Origin: Chloroflexia bacterium
GTDB taxonomy: Bacteria; Chloroflexota; Chloroflexia; QHBQ01; JADMIH01
Length of the DNA stretch: 26,963 nucleotides
NCBI GenBank assembly: GCA_038254085.1
Contig: JBBSGN010000001.1
Location: 1-26,963 of the forward strand
Direction: 5' to 3'
The notes under the pieces are model-generated. The model did not search any database, had not been told where the DNA came from, and saw only the letters and a list, made by a program, of their open reading frames with translations. Shown piece by piece: positions 8,180-16,799 of this stretch. Every line of letters starts with the position of its first letter. The stretch's first letter is position 1. Made by a program: the position numbers and the translations under genes.

Positions 8180-9832
8180 TTGCCGTCACCTGATACGCAA
8201 AGAAGCTGGGGTCTGAAGGGGCGGTCAGGTCTGCTCGCCCTGGTGGGCTTTGTCGCCCTGCTTGTGTATGGCCTGCTGATATGGCTCGACTTGCCGTCCC
8301 CTGCGGGCTTGCGCTACGAAAAGCCTCCGGCGGGCCAGGGTCTCGTGCCCGCCCATTGGTGGGACGAAGTGCAAGGGTTGCGCGGCTGGGCGGTCCACCC
8401 TAGAGGGTGGTCATGGGCGCTCATTGATCCTGCCCCGCTCTGGCGCTGGCTGCCCTTGCTGGGACTCGGTCTGGCGGGCGCGCTGCTTATATACGCCTCT
8501 GTCCACTATCGCATCTCGCCTCGATACTCACTCCTTGCCCTTGTGATACTTGGCTATCCAGGGCAACTATCTGCGCTCTGGCTCAAAGACCCCAACCCAA
8601 ACCAGCTACTGTTCGAGCGCGTCCTCAACCGCAGCTTCACCGGCTATTTCACCTCGGCCACCCGCGCAAGCGCCGTTTACACCTTTTTCGGCGGCTACGC
8701 GGACGCCTTTGCCAACGACGACCCGGCCACCCGCCTGTGCGGGCACTGCCGCACGCACCCCCCAGGACCGATACTCTTCTACTGGTTGCCGATCCAGGCC
8801 GTCCAGTCTCTCCCCAGCGACGCACAACGGGGCCTGTGGAACAGTCTGGCAGGCGGGCTCCAAATCAGCGTCCCTGCTCCTCTATCGCCTATGCCACCCG
8901 CCCAGGCCATAGCCGGAGCGTTGGGCAGCCACCTGGTCTTATTGGGCGCTGCCCTCATAGTTATCCCGTTGTACGGGCTCGCCCGACGATTGGCACAGGG
9001 GCAGTGGACCATCTTATTGGCCGCGCTCGGCCTGGTTGTCCCAGGCATCCTTTTAATGAGTCCGGAGTTCGACCAGTTGTACGCGACTGCGACAGCCGCC
9101 CTTTTCTACCTCGCCATTCGAGGTCTCACGGGCGGCAAGAATCAGGCAGCCTGGGGTGCGGCGGCTGGCCTGTGGTTCGCGTTGTGGCTCTACTGGTCCT
9201 TCGGTCTTTGGGTGCTGGTCGGCCCTCTGTTCCTGTTGGCACTGTCCGTCGCGCTCGGCCTCATGCCCGGCCCGGTACATAGGCGGTGGAGATATGTCGC
9301 TGTGTGGGCGGCAGGGCTGACTGTTGGTGTGGCTCTACCCTGGGCTTTGCTCTGGGGCCTCTTCCAGTTTGACGTTCCCCGCGTAGTGCAACTGGCAGGT
9401 GAGCAACACCTGAAAGGCCTCACCGTCCTGCGCCCCTACGCCCCCTGGCTCCTATTCAACCTGGTTGACTTCCTCCAATTCGTGGGCCTACCGTTGGTGG
9501 TCGTCTCACTCGCCACCGCCTTTACGTGGCGCGATACTCACTACGCACAGCCCGGCAACCCCACGGACCCTCGTCGTTCAATCCTCATGCGCTTTATCAT
9601 GCGCACCAACATCTACACGCTCATTTTCTGGGCAACCCTGCTCCTACTCGATCTGTCGGGCACGGTCAGAGGCGAGGTAGGCCGGCTCTGGATATTCCTC
9701 GTGCCGATGGTCCTTATGGGTGTTTACGATGCTGTGGGCCGGGGCCTTCTTGGGACACGCGCTGTCTGGTTGCTCCTCGCTTCCCAGTTCACGGTGTGCG
9801 TGCTTATCGGTGGCCGCTGGCTCACACCCTGA
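8180..9832 (+). CDS. Polytopic membrane protein, putative GT-C glycosyltransferase (THPPG family), 550 aa
   Basis: Large extracytoplasmic loop with GYFT and HCRTHPPGP, then SPEFDQLY, about 11 TM segments and GEVGRLWIFL. The TTG start is uncertain. Confidence 0.7.
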   Translation: MPSPDTQRSWGLKGRSGLLALVGFVALLVYGLLIWLDLPSPAGLRYEKPPAGQGLVPAHWWDEVQGLRGWAVHPRGWSWALIDPAPLWRWLPLLGLGLAGALLIYASVHYRISPRYSLLALVILGYPGQLSALWLKDPNPNQLLFERVLNRSFTGYFTSATRASAVYTFFGGYADAFANDDPATRLCGHCRTHPPGPILFYWLPIQAVQSLPSDAQRGLWNSLAGGLQISVPAPLSPMPPAQAIAGALGSHLVLLGAALIVIPLYGLARRLAQGQWTILLAALGLVVPGILLMSPEFDQLYATATAALFYLAIRGLTGGKNQAAWGAAAGLWFALWLYWSFGLWVLVGPLFLLALSVALGLMPGPVHRRWRYVAVWAAGLTVGVALPWALLWGLFQFDVPRVVQLAGEQHLKGLTVLRPYAPWLLFNLVDFLQFVGLPLVVVSLATAFTWRDTHYAQPGNPTDPRRSILMRFIMRTNIYTLIFWATLLLLDLSGTVRGEVGRLWIFLVPMVLMGVYDAVGRGLLGTRAVWLLLASQFTVCVLIGGRWLTP

Positions 9833-9835
9833 GCG

Positions 9836-10774
9836 TCAGAAGCGCAGGCTGATCGCCGCCCATACCCCTTCGGCCACCATTGCAAACAGGCGGGTGAGGG
9901 CCGCCACCGCCACGCCAAGCGGCAACGGCACCCCTAACAGCGTTGAGAACAGATAGACAAGCACTCCCTCCCTTATGACCAGTCCTTGTGGCACGAGCAG
10001 GCCCAGTGACCCGCCCAGCACGCTCGCGCTGAACAGCCCAACTACGCCCGCAGCCTCACTGACGTATTCCTCGCCACCTAAACCGGCACGCAAGAGCAAC
10101 GCAATTAGCCCGTAGATTAGCCAATTGGCGAAGCAGCCCAATAGTACAGCCATTGTGTCTCGCCTTGAGAGAGCCGTCGCGATGCCTGCCCGCCCCATTC
10201 GTGCAAACAACCAGTTCACAAAGCGAGCGACCAGCAAAGGGCTGAACAACAGAGTTGCTATGGTTGTCACACCCGCCAAGGCGAGATAAGCCCCGTAACC
10301 GGCCAACTGCCGAATCGTCGCCATGCCGATAAGCGCCACAGCCAGCGCACTGCCGGTCAGCAACACCGTCTCCATGGCCGTGCTAGCCGCTGTCACGGTT
10401 ACAGGCACTCCTTCCTTGTCGGCCAGGTAAGCTCGTCCCAGTACGAACCACCACTGCCCAGGAAGATAGCGGGCAAGCCCCGAGTGGAAGTATAGCCGCA
10501 CCGCTCGGCCCCAACCCAGGTGATAGCCCCACGCCCGAATGATACGCCACCAGGGGTACACAACCGTCACCCCGCGCCCCAGCGCCGCCAACGCCGCTAA
10601 CACCAGATAAGCGGGGACCACCTGCCACCTGTACCTGTAATCCCTCATCCCGGACACCTGTGCCCACAGCGCCAGCAGAAACCCGCCGACAATCAGCGCG
10701 CCTAGCCCTGCTCGAACGGCGAGAAGCACTTGCGGCGATCTCCGTAATCTGAACATCACACCCGAATCATCCAT
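9836..10774 (-). CDS. UPF0104 / lysylphosphatidylglycerol-synthase-TM family flippase-like membrane protein
   Basis: YFHSGLARYLPGQWW...GR and VPQGLVIREG motifs with about 8 TM segments. ATG 10774 overlaps the upstream stop; 10756 is an alternative start. Confidence 0.8.
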   Translation of the reverse strand: MDDSGVMFRLRRSPQVLLAVRAGLGALIVGGFLLALWAQVSGMRDYRYRWQVVPAYLVLAALAALGRGVTVVYPWWRIIRAWGYHLGWGRAVRLYFHSGLARYLPGQWWFVLGRAYLADKEGVPVTVTAASTAMETVLLTGSALAVALIGMATIRQLAGYGAYLALAGVTTIATLLFSPLLVARFVNWLFARMGRAGIATALSRRDTMAVLLGCFANWLIYGLIALLLRAGLGGEEYVSEAAGVVGLFSASVLGGSLGLLVPQGLVIREGVLVYLFSTLLGVPLPLGVAVAALTRLFAMVAEGVWAAISLRF

Positions 10775-13583
10775 AGTAATAAGGGGCAATCAGGCCGAGC
10801 ACACAATAACCAGAGAAGACCAACAGCGCATTTATCCACAACCACACTCCCCATGCCACCAAACCGGGGCTATTTCGCCGAACCCTAATGTCCGACCGCA
10901 TGGCAACTCGCTCGCGGACCAAACTGACAACTCGGCCCACCCGCACGCAAAGGGACCACAGCCCACACAAAAGGAGCCACGCCACCGGGATGCTCAACAC
11001 GAACAAGTAGCGCCCCTGTGGGTACGACGCATTTCCCTGCGTCGCCAGCAGCGTCATCTGCTTGGCGAACCCTATCGCTGTCGCGGCGCTGAGAGCTAAC
11101 AGCGAAATCGCCCCAAGCCACTCAATCCCTGACCATTTCCCCCAGTGATGTATGCCTAAATAGCCAAGCCCGACCAATCCGGCCACAGTCAACAGGCCCA
11201 GCGCCATATAAAGCACCGAAGGCAAAGGCACCGACAGCCAACCGAAATCCCCCAAAAACGAGCGGTATTGCCCGTCCGCAAATTGCTCCCAAAGCGCATT
11301 CTCGTTGAACGGCTGGGGATTAGCAATCGCGTCAGCTATCTGGCCGGCGTCTATCGGCAAGAACCGTCTCAGCAAGGGCCGCAGCGTCGTCCCGTCCGTC
11401 TCGGCCGACGGGTTTAGAAGCGTCGGTCTGAATACGGGGTCGTTCCAGGGTCCGCTCGGCGTCACGGCGTTCAACGAAAGATCGTCGAACTCGACCACTC
11501 CGCCACCCGACACGAGCTTGAGGTCTATCTGCTCGGCGCTTTCCGGCACGCGCGAAGTGGCGACCAGCTTTATCCACTCGCCTGCCCGGTCCAGCGACGC
11601 CACTTCGCTCCCAAGCACGCGCCACCCGCTCTCTAGAATCTGTAGCGAAGCGGTAACAGGGCTTGATCCACGAACAGCGATCTCGGATGGTCGTCTTGCC
11701 CAACCCGAAAACGTGACTCTCAAGGCAGGGTGGTACACAGGCGGCACGAGCGACTGGGTGGCGGTCGCCCCTTCTCCGGCTTCTCCGCCAACTCCCAACC
11801 TGATCACGTATGATCCATCGTGCGCGCTCGCAGTTCTTGCCCTCGGCGCGCGCTCGATGGGCACATAGTTGGTCTGCCAACCGGCTACCCCATCATCGCG
11901 TTGGTATGCCAGCACTACACACACTGAGCCTAGCGCAACCAGGCTCGCCACCACCGCCAAAGGCCATGTCCAACCCGCTCGCGCCCTGCCGCCAAGACCG
12001 CCAGTACGCCCCACAAACGCTCTCGTTACCAGCGCCCCACACCACACGAGCAAGCCTAGCGTTAGCAAGGGCACCGAGGCCGCCAGCGCCGTTGACTTCG
12101 TCCACGCACCCACCCCCGTCACCATCGCAGCCAACAGCGCCAACACTAAGCCTCGCGCACCGAACGGCCAACGCGCCAACGCCACCAGTGCCACGAACAG
12201 GGCCGACACGTCCAGTTCAGCCAGAATGTCGTTATTGGCGACCGAGGCGATAAAGGTGTGCATCGGCAATAGGATCACAGTTAGAGGCGAAAGAAGCCTC
12301 AGCAGGCGCACAGGCCCACCGCCCCCCATATCAAGCAGCACCCCCGCCAACCACGCCAAGAACACCACGCCCAGGCTCAACAAGAGAGACACTGCGCGCA
12401 CGACCAACAACGCACCGCCAGGGTCCCGGTAGGGGTCTGCCGGAACGCCGACCGCGCGGACCGCCCGCATTGCCGCCGCGCCGAGCCAATAGTAAAGAGG
12501 CGGTTGGCGAAGCTGTTGGTAGAACCCGATGCCGGGACTTACCAGCGCACCCGGTGTGGCGTCCCCCAATATTCGGCGCGTAAACTCGTGCTGATTCATC
12601 GATTCGCTGATCGCGCCCGCGAGCAGGGGGTCGGCCGCGTTAGCGCCGAATTGGAGCCTCTGCACTTTGCTGTTGTCCATACCGTACTTGTCCAACAGCG
12701 CCACGTAAACAAAGTGCGAATGTTCGTCCGGCCCTTGCCAGGGAGGCGCCAATGTCAGATAAACGACCCCGTTCACCAGCGCCACCGACAGCGCAACCGG
12801 CAGCGACCACCGCACCACCCACAATGCTCTCCTGGTGGGGTCTCTCAGCACTCCGGGAAGTTGCAATACAACCCATACCGCACCCAGCGCGACAATGAGG
12901 TCAATCCCGGCCATCAGCGCAGTGGGAAAATTGGCTGAAGCCGCCCGCGCCAGTTGCGCCCACGCGCTCACCGGCGATGCGCTGTATCGCAGACCAAAAG
13001 CGAAGTCCGCGCGCTCTGCTTTCTGATCGCGGTATGCCGTTCCGCCCGCGTAGGCATCGCCCACCACAGGAGGTCGCCACCAGAACAGCGTTAGGGCGTG
13101 CCCGGGCAAGCCATCCGGCGACTCTATCTGGACGTAGAAGGGTTTATCTTGACTAGCGGCGATAGGAGGAAAGGAGAACAAGTACCAGGGGTTCTCGTCC
13201 AAGCGCGTGCCTTTCTCCAGGCGCGCAGTCGCGATGTCCGGCCCTCGCCCCGGCACGCTCCGCAGATGCAACACCAGCGTGGCTCTCGCTGGTCCCGCTC
13301 CCTGCCTATACGTGCCAACGCGCAGCTCTACGCCTGACAAGCCAGCATATCGCGCGGCAAAACTCTGGCCGAAGCTGTGCCCCGCCAGCAGTTCGCCCGG
13401 TACGCCGTTTATGTCGTCAGACCGCCGTTCCGTCAACGCCGCGTAACTGGTCCACAGCACCAGGGCCAGCCCCACTACAGGTACTAGCCACCACAGCACA
13501 AGCCAATGCCATCTCCGGGTTCCCATGGTGGCGGAGCGCGCATTCGCTGTTATCGCGGGCGGGGGATATGTAGAGGTCGTCAA
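10767..13583 (-). CDS. DUF2142-like GT-C membrane protein with two extracytoplasmic beta-sandwich/CBM-like domains, 938 aa
   Basis: PPWQGPDEHSHFVY, QPPLYY, VANNDILAE, WTKST, FLGDFGWL and QGRYLF motifs. TTG start lies 1 nt after the GT2 stop; ATG 13526 is an alternative. Confidence 0.75.
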   Translation of the reverse strand: MTTSTYPPPAITANARSATMGTRRWHWLVLWWLVPVVGLALVLWTSYAALTERRSDDINGVPGELLAGHSFGQSFAARYAGLSGVELRVGTYRQGAGPARATLVLHLRSVPGRGPDIATARLEKGTRLDENPWYLFSFPPIAASQDKPFYVQIESPDGLPGHALTLFWWRPPVVGDAYAGGTAYRDQKAERADFAFGLRYSASPVSAWAQLARAASANFPTALMAGIDLIVALGAVWVVLQLPGVLRDPTRRALWVVRWSLPVALSVALVNGVVYLTLAPPWQGPDEHSHFVYVALLDKYGMDNSKVQRLQFGANAADPLLAGAISESMNQHEFTRRILGDATPGALVSPGIGFYQQLRQPPLYYWLGAAAMRAVRAVGVPADPYRDPGGALLVVRAVSLLLSLGVVFLAWLAGVLLDMGGGGPVRLLRLLSPLTVILLPMHTFIASVANNDILAELDVSALFVALVALARWPFGARGLVLALLAAMVTGVGAWTKSTALAASVPLLTLGLLVWCGALVTRAFVGRTGGLGGRARAGWTWPLAVVASLVALGSVCVVLAYQRDDGVAGWQTNYVPIERAPRARTASAHDGSYVIRLGVGGEAGEGATATQSLVPPVYHPALRVTFSGWARRPSEIAVRGSSPVTASLQILESGWRVLGSEVASLDRAGEWIKLVATSRVPESAEQIDLKLVSGGGVVEFDDLSLNAVTPSGPWNDPVFRPTLLNPSAETDGTTLRPLLRRFLPIDAGQIADAIANPQPFNENALWEQFADGQYRSFLGDFGWLSVPLPSVLYMALGLLTVAGLVGLGYLGIHHWGKWSGIEWLGAISLLALSAATAIGFAKQMTLLATQGNASYPQGRYLFVLSIPVAWLLLCGLWSLCVRVGRVVSLVRERVAMRSDIRVRRNSPGLVAWGVWLWINALLVFSGYCVLGLIAPYYYG

Positions 13584-13584
13584 C

Positions 13585-14613
13585 TTATCTCAATGCGAAC
13601 CGCCGCCCTATACGACGACCCGACCACGCTAATTGCAGCCCGAAGCTCCCCAGCCCCCATGCGATCCCAGCCAGCAGACCAGCCGCCCGCAAGAGCAAGA
13701 GCATCGGTGCGGTCATCCCCACCATCACATCCCGCTTCCCCGCAGTCAACGCAAAGGGCACGACGCTTGCCGCCAAGCCCACTACCGACCCCGCCAACAA
13801 CCGCATCGCCAAACGCGAGAAAGGCACGAACGGTGACGCAGCCAGCACGCCCCCCAACAATAGCATTTGCGCTTTCACGCTTGGCGGCGTGTGCGAGTCT
13901 GTGGCGATGCGACCGGGGTGCAGCGCGACCACCTTCACCTTCCAATAACCGATCCTGAACTTCCGTCCAAAGTACGCGCTCGGCGAATCCACATGGCGGT
14001 GGTACACAATGGCACCTGGTATGAAGCGCAGGTCGTAGCCACGCTCGGCGAGCCGGAACGAAAGCTCCTGGTCCTCGTCAACCAGCAACGTCTCGTTGAA
14101 ACCACCCGTATCCAGAAAGGCATCGCGCCGGTAGGCAGCCGAGTAGGTGTCTATGAAATCAATCCGGTTGTGCTTCGACATGCCCCTATACTTACTCTCG
14201 TACTCGGCCTGCACGAACCTGGCGATAAGGCCCTTCTGCCGGGTGCGATACGTCCCCTTTGCCCCCGCCGCCCCCGCCCGAATAGCTTGCGTGAGCGTGT
14301 AGGCCCACGTAGGCGTCGGCTCGCAATCTGCGTCGGTAAACAGGATAATATCGCCACGCGCCGCTTGGACACCCCGGTTACGCGCCGCCGCCGGGCCACT
14401 GTGCGCCTGCCATACGAGCTTGACCCACGATGAATGCATGGATGCGATAGAGGCCGTCTCGTCGGTTGACCCATCGTCAACCACTACAATCTCGTAAGGC
14501 TCATCGAGTCGCTGCCTTGACAAGGCATGCAAGCACGCATCTAGACTGGAGGCGGCATTATACGCAGGCACCACTATCGAGATATTTGGCTGTCCCTGAC
14601 GCGCTTCTTCCAT
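13585..14613 (-). CDS. Glycosyltransferase family 2 with C-terminal membrane segments, 342 aa
   Basis: ISIVVPAYN, EIVVVDDGSTD, GPAAARNRG, FTDAD (DxD), GGFNE and EDQELSFRL. Confidence 0.92.
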   Translation of the reverse strand: MEEARQGQPNISIVVPAYNAASSLDACLHALSRQRLDEPYEIVVVDDGSTDETASIASMHSSWVKLVWQAHSGPAAARNRGVQAARGDIILFTDADCEPTPTWAYTLTQAIRAGAAGAKGTYRTRQKGLIARFVQAEYESKYRGMSKHNRIDFIDTYSAAYRRDAFLDTGGFNETLLVDEDQELSFRLAERGYDLRFIPGAIVYHRHVDSPSAYFGRKFRIGYWKVKVVALHPGRIATDSHTPPSVKAQMLLLGGVLAASPFVPFSRLAMRLLAGSVVGLAASVVPFALTAGKRDVMVGMTAPMLLLLRAAGLLAGIAWGLGSFGLQLAWSGRRIGRRFALR

Positions 14614-14651
14614 TATCTACATCATCGGGCGCTGCCCGGACCTGGACACCA

Positions 14652-14680
14652 ACGATAGCAGGGAAATGTATACCAGTCAA
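14652..14680 (-). promoter_or_regulatory. Internal sigma70-type promoter TTGACT-N17-(TGc)TATCGT upstream of the GT2
   Basis: Minus-strand -35 at 14680-14675, -10 at 14657-14652 with extended TG, in the 71-bp gap between the deacetylase and GT2 genes. Confidence 0.6.
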
Positions 14681-14684
14681 GCAG

Positions 14685-15611
14685 CTAGTCTACCATCCGT
14701 TTCATCTCCTTACGGCGACCCAAACCGTGAACCCAGGCAAGGCCATCGCTGAAGGGCTGTTGGCGCATCCCCCGAAACGCCCCAGAGCCAGCCACGCTGT
14801 CCGTCCCGTTCCTCTCACTCAAACTGCTAAACTGCTCCGGCGAGACCTCCCAGAACACCTCACAAGCGCCCCGGAGACGGTAGAGGCGGGCCAGGTATCC
14901 CCGGCATCGTCGCACCCACCCGAACGATTCTCGCTGTGTACGGTATTCTTCAAGCGCACGGCGCTTCAACCCCGAAACCGCCGTCGTATCAACAATCACG
15001 TTTGCGAGAATGGGGGTCAACGGCACCTGCACTTCGTACACTCTTACGGCGCGACAACACCCAAGGCCAGTAGCCGCCAGTGCCCTCGCCACCTCGCTGG
15101 CTACCGCTACATGCTCTGGATGATAGTCCACACAAGATGTCGTGTACACCAACGTCGGCGCAAGCCGCTCAATCACCTCCCTGAGCGCGGCTTGCATCTC
15201 GTCGGGCGTCCAACGGGACTCGGCAAACCCAAGTTGGACTACCTCCGAGGGCTTCAGCCATGACAGGGCCGCAGCCATCTCGCTGGATCGCCGTCTTGCC
15301 ATCTCATCCCGGCCCAGACCGAGGGCACGGGAGCCTCCACCGTCGGTCACGACCACTACGTATATAGCGTCACCTGCTAGCGCGTGCAAAGCGATGGTCC
15401 CTCCGCAGCCCAACGTTTCGTCGTCCGGGTGCGGCGCGACCACCAGCACTCGCTCACCTCCATTGGACCGCCACCGGGCGGCACGTGGCCGCAAGCACCA
15501 ACCGGCTAGCGCAAAACAGGCGCGCCAAAACCCTTCGGCGAGCGAGAAAGAGATCCGGCGTGCAATCCACTTCGCCGCTCGGCGCATACTGCTCTGTTCT
15601 ATGCCCATCAT
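14685..15611 (-). CDS. PIG-L / LmbE family deacetylase, about 308 aa
   Basis: VVAPHPDDETLGCGG, TDGG, RRSSE, HPEH and AxxxYRTQ motifs. ATG 15611 overlaps the GNAT stop (ATGA). Confidence 0.88.
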   Translation of the reverse strand: MMGIEQSSMRRAAKWIARRISFSLAEGFWRACFALAGWCLRPRAARWRSNGGERVLVVAPHPDDETLGCGGTIALHALAGDAIYVVVVTDGGGSRALGLGRDEMARRRSSEMAAALSWLKPSEVVQLGFAESRWTPDEMQAALREVIERLAPTLVYTTSCVDYHPEHVAVASEVARALAATGLGCCRAVRVYEVQVPLTPILANVIVDTTAVSGLKRRALEEYRTQRESFGWVRRCRGYLARLYRLRGACEVFWEVSPEQFSSLSERNGTDSVAGSGAFRGMRQQPFSDGLAWVHGLGRRKEMKRMVD

Positions 15612-16711
15612 ACCACGTCGAAGTCGCCGCCGGTCAGCATCCAATTTTGCGGCTTGGACAGCCAGGCAACATCAAGGCGCGGATCAAGAGGCGCCATGTC
15701 AAAGCTGAACGCCCCACGCCCCCGCCTGAACCCACCCAATCGTAGCAGCCCATCCAGCGCCGAGCCGGGACTAGCTGTCGCTAGCACCGCGCCCGCCCCG
15801 CGCACCCACAGATCATCAAGCGCACCAAGCATCAGAGCAGAGGCCACCCGCTTCGCCCCCGGCGCGGTGAACAGATCAGCCAGGTATCCTGTTAGCCTCT
15901 CCCCCTCTTCTGCCCAGCGGTATGCCAGGTAGCCCGCCGGCTCGCCACCCGCATACGCGATCAGCGTCTTGTACGCGCCGTCGTGCGCTTGCAGGTAACG
16001 CCAGTTCACCCATTTGCTATCGCGCACGAGCAGGTTGGCATATTGAGGCGATACGCTGCTCCAAATGTCGTCCACCTCGGCGCCCGCAAACTTGATCTCT
16101 CTCACCTCTATTCCTTCGGCCGTGCGCGCCAGATGTCTACGCCAAACCTCCCGCCTCGGCCGCGAGGCCAGCGAAGCTAATAATACCGCCCCCGGCCTGA
16201 TCGCTGCAGGCACTCTCCCCGAACGGGCCACTCTCTCCCACCTTAGCAACACCCGCATCCAGGCCAGGGGAAAGAGCCTGACCCACCCTAGCGCGACGGT
16301 GCGCGACCCCCACTGTTCGTTCGGCAGGCCCAGCACAGCCGCCACGCCCGCTTGCGCCCACGAGGCATAGGCCGCCGTGCCAAGCGCACTCAGGACGCCT
16401 CTTCGCCGGAAGTCGGGAGCGGTCATTGTGTCAACCGACACCATCACATCCCGTACCACTCCCCGACTTTGCAACCGCACCGGAATCCCGGCATACTGTC
16501 CAACAACCTGCCCATCCGTCTCCGAGACGGCCACCCACACGTTCTCGACGGGCGCTGGCAGCCCCTTTAGCTTCCACCGCCACCACCCCACGCTCCGGTG
16601 ACGACCGAACACGGACGCGAAGAGCGATACCAACTGCGCTTCGTCGCTCTCTCTATACGGCCTGATATACCAGCCACGTCCGGCGTCTGCCCTTCGGTCA
16701 ACGCTTTCCAA
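15608..16711 (-). CDS. GNAT-family acyltransferase with tandem GNAT folds, 367 aa
   Basis: IRPYRESD, SVDTMTAPDFRRRG (acyl-CoA motif A), GLPN and RDSKWVNWRY. RBS GAGGAGGAG precedes the TTG start. Confidence 0.85.
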   Translation of the reverse strand: MESVDRRADAGRGWYIRPYRESDEAQLVSLFASVFGRHRSVGWWRWKLKGLPAPVENVWVAVSETDGQVVGQYAGIPVRLQSRGVVRDVMVSVDTMTAPDFRRRGVLSALGTAAYASWAQAGVAAVLGLPNEQWGSRTVALGWVRLFPLAWMRVLLRWERVARSGRVPAAIRPGAVLLASLASRPRREVWRRHLARTAEGIEVREIKFAGAEVDDIWSSVSPQYANLLVRDSKWVNWRYLQAHDGAYKTLIAYAGGEPAGYLAYRWAEEGERLTGYLADLFTAPGAKRVASALMLGALDDLWVRGAGAVLATASPGSALDGLLRLGGFRRGRGAFSFDMAPLDPRLDVAWLSKPQNWMLTGGDFDVV

Positions 16712-16750
16712 TCACTCCTCCTCACTTTAGCCTGGTTCGAATAGTATACA

Positions 16751-16777
16751 AAAAAGAGCGCTACAGTGGCGCTCTTT
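16751..16777 (-). terminator. Intrinsic terminator downstream of the E1 gene
   Basis: Minus strand reads AAGAGCGC-cactgta-GCGCTCTT followed by a T run. Confidence 0.75.
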
Positions 16778-16799
16778 CTCGCGTTCGGGTCGGTGCGTT

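Noticed and set aside
13585-14613. GT2 as mycofactocin MftF or dolichol-phosphate mannose synthase
   Set aside because: Only generic GT2 motifs are present, with no mft genes and no clear DPM1-type signature.
16743-16748. TATACT as the GNAT promoter
   Set aside because: Position is plausible but there is no -35 or extended TG, and it abuts the terminator T-tract, so it was not called.
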